A stretch of 17,214 nt of DNA from Planctomycetota bacterium (lineage in GTDB: Bacteria > Planctomycetota > Brocadiia > Brocadiales > Brocadiaceae): the NCBI GenBank assembly GCA_030837315.1, contig JAUPKS010000083.1, forward strand, positions 1-17,214. Direction: 5' to 3'. Below, piece after piece: positions 15,284-17,214 of the stretch. Within the stretch, counting starts at the first letter, position 1. The number at the start of each line of letters is the position of its first letter. The notes below the pieces were generated by a model. That model made no database searches, was not told the origin of the DNA, and worked only from the letters and a program-made list of their open reading frames with translations. The position numbers and the translations under genes were made by a program.

Positions 15284-15955
15284 GTGAAGGATGTTGCTAT
15301 TGTACTCGTTAGTGGTGGTATGGACAGTTGCGTAACCGTTGGTATTGCTAACGCACAATACCAGCTTGCGATGTTACACGTTAATTACGGACAGCGTACA
15401 GAAACACGAGAACTTAAAGCATTCCATGATATTGCAGCATACTACAAGGTTCCTAACGATAGGACACTCATATCTCATGTCGATTATTTAAGTAAAATTG
15501 GTGGATCAAGTTTAACGGACCAGCGCATGGATGTTCAAGATGCGCAGTTCCATAGCAAAGAAATTCCCACCTCGTATGTACCTTTCAGAAACACACTCTT
15601 CTTAACAATTGCCGTTGCGTGGGGAGAAGTTATCGGGGCAAAAAAAATATTTATCGGCGCAGTAGAACAAGACAGCCCTGGTTATCCCGATTGCAAGCCG
15701 ATCTATTATGAAATTTTCAATAAATTAATCAATGTGGGAACAAGGCCTACAACCCACATCAAGGTAGAAACACCGCTTATACGAAAGACTAAATCAGAAA
15801 TCGTAAAAATAGGTATTTCTATGAAAGTTCCATTCCATCTAAGTTGGTCTTGTTACAAGAATACTGACAAAGCATGCGGAATATGTCATAGCTGTTTTCT
15901 GCGGTTAAAAGCCTTTAAGGAATCCGATATTAATGACCCGATTGCTTATGTTTGA
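15284..15955 (+). CDS. queC: 7-cyano-7-deazaguanine (preQ0) synthase
   Basis: PP-loop VLVSGGMDSCV directly after the GTG at 15284, and the C-terminal zinc-cysteine cluster SCYKNTDKACGICHSCFLR. The track ORF start at 15164 overlaps queE by 116 nt. The GTG at 15284 is in frame, lies 4 nt after the queE stop, and gives a typical 223-aa QueC. Confidence 0.9.
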   Translation: MKDVAIVLVSGGMDSCVTVGIANAQYQLAMLHVNYGQRTETRELKAFHDIAAYYKVPNDRTLISHVDYLSKIGGSSLTDQRMDVQDAQFHSKEIPTSYVPFRNTLFLTIAVAWGEVIGAKKIFIGAVEQDSPGYPDCKPIYYEIFNKLINVGTRPTTHIKVETPLIRKTKSEIVKIGISMKVPFHLSWSCYKNTDKACGICHSCFLRLKAFKESDINDPIAYV

Positions 15956-16002
15956 TGGAAACTTACGATCTTGAGATATTTCATAAATTTTAAATTTTAT
16001 AA

Positions 16003-16030
16003 TTGCAAATGTGATTTCACTTTGTATAAT
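16003..16030 (+). promoter_or_regulatory. Candidate sigma70-type promoter TTGCAA-16 nt-TATAAT
   Basis: TTGCAA at 16003-16008 and a consensus TATAAT at 16025-16030 with TG immediately upstream, about 175 nt upstream of the beta-barrel candidate ORF. Motif match only. Confidence 0.3.
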
Positions 16031-16206
16031 TCAGCCTACTATAGGCATATTAAAATATTCGTTTGCTTATACAATACATGCGACTTAGATGGTTTTTTAG
16101 GTTTAGAATTTGCTAATTTGCTCTCTATAATAAAAATGCACTAAAGCTATTGCAGTTAAACGTTCTGGAGTATGACAAGAAATTACAAACCTATTATAGG
16201 ATTACA

Positions 16207-17214
16207 GTGAACAATCTGGTAAGATATTTAAAGACAATATCAACCATATGCCTTTTGGTAGTTGTTTTTACTGCCACCCTTTCAAATGCTTATGCCTTCG
16301 ACGATGACCGCTTAGACCTCACTATTACGAAATTTTTTGATTCCCTTTCTTATAAATACAAGGGATTCGATTTAGGGGTCAAAGAGGTTTCGGTTGGAGA
16401 AACATTTGATGACAACATTAACTTTGATAAAAAGGACAAACAGGAAGACTTCATAACATATGCGGGAATTGTACTAGGTGCACAATATGTAGGCAAAACC
16501 AGGACATTTGAACTAACTGGTAAAATAACTGATCAGATTTTTGCCAAACAGGCTGATCAAAACAATGTCACACAATTTATAAACTTAAATTTTAAAAATG
16601 AGTTTTCAAAACGTGACCGCATCAGCCTAACGAATGTCTTTACACACTTCGAAGCACCAGAATCTTCAGATTCAGATCCTGAGGGAGGTTATTTCTCACA
16701 ACAGTTTGGAAGAACAGGAGGACGATTCGAATTTTTCCGAAACCAGTTTAACACCACCTATTCAAATGATATTTCCAAACAACTTTCTTTCATTGTAAAC
16801 TACGCTAATGAAATAAACGTTTTTTCAGGGACAGACAGGGATAATTCGATTCTACATAAACCGGGTTTGGGCCTGAGTTACATATTTAGTCCCACCGCCA
16901 CTATTTTTTCCTTTTCATACACCTTCACCAGTATACAATTTGAAGATGATACCGATGCCAGAATAAACACAATTGGTCCTGGCATAAAACAATACATTAC
17001 AAAAAAACTTTATTTTAACGGAAGTACGGGAATAGATTTTATCGATTCTTTTGACGATAAAAACCTCACCAAGCCATTCGTTCAGGCATCGTTGACATAT
17101 ATACTAGAAGAAAAAACACGTGCAAGCATTTCGTTTAACAAAAAATATGAAACAAACCCTTACTTTGATGATATCTTTAATAGCTGGCGTACTTCCGTCT
17201 CTCTGACAAGACAA
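16207..17214 (+). CDS. Secreted protein with signal peptide, probable outer-membrane beta-barrel (N-terminal 336 codons; continues beyond the window)
   Basis: Absent from the ORF track because there is no stop inside the window. I translated 16207-17214 codon by codon and found no stop. GTG start with AGGA 5 nt upstream. The signal peptide VNNLVRYLKTISTICLLVVVFTATLSNAYA is followed by FDDD. There are many amphipathic alternating strands rich in aromatic residues (LSFIVNYANEINVF, GLGLSYIFSPTATIFSFSYTFTSIQF, ASLTYILEEKTRASISF). Confidence 0.65.
   Translation, partial: MNNLVRYLKTISTICLLVVVFTATLSNAYAFDDDRLDLTITKFFDSLSYKYKGFDLGVKEVSVGETFDDNINFDKKDKQEDFITYAGIVLGAQYVGKTRTFELTGKITDQIFAKQADQNNVTQFINLNFKNEFSKRDRISLTNVFTHFEAPESSDSDPEGGYFSQQFGRTGGRFEFFRNQFNTTYSNDISKQLSFIVNYANEINVFSGTDRDNSILHKPGLGLSYIFSPTATIFSFSYTFTSIQFEDDTDARINTIGPGIKQYITKKLYFNGSTGIDFIDSFDDKNLTKPFVQASLTYILEEKTRASISFNKKYETNPYFDDIFNSWRTSVSLTRQ

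Noticed and set aside
1-17214. Mobile elements, CRISPR arrays, tRNA/rRNA genes and long direct repeats
   Set aside because: Reading both strands revealed no transposase or integrase motifs, no regularly spaced repeats and no tRNA-like T-arm (GGTTCGAATCC-type) sequences. This was not checked computationally.

Overview
AT-rich, gene-dense bacterial chromosomal window. I found no rRNA, tRNA, CRISPR array, transposase or integrase. All calls rest on reading the translated ORFs for family motifs; no database search was run.

Housekeeping genes: a galE 3' fragment, rplM-rpsI, a minus-strand string of lpdA, alpha-glucan phosphorylase and a HAD hydrolase, a queE-queC pair, and a signal-peptide beta-barrel candidate that runs off the 3' edge.

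The centrepiece is a compact six-gene minus-strand operon at 7233-13502. It encodes a dedicated ACP, FabZ, an intact FabF-type ketosynthase, a second ketosynthase paralog with all three catalytic residues replaced (Cys/His/His to Val/Asn/Glu, so KS-beta or chain-length-factor-like), a CrtI/phytoene-desaturase-like flavoenzyme, and a B12-binding radical SAM enzyme. No ketoreductase, enoylreductase or acyltransferase is present in the operon. As far as I recall, this gene composition matches a locus proposed by comparative genomics for ladderane (fused cyclobutane) lipid synthesis in anammox Planctomycetes such as Kuenenia, a pathway whose chemistry is still unproven. Organism assignment is inference only.

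Smaller items missing from the ORF track:
- a 56-aa hydrophobic-leader peptide with 7 Cys in its tail, with its own promoter, SD and terminator
- a 42-aa single-pass membrane peptide translationally coupled to a TTG-initiated lpdA
- a terminator-like hairpin sitting inside the rplM leader
- mirror-image divergent TTGACA promoters
- corrected starts for the ACP and QueC
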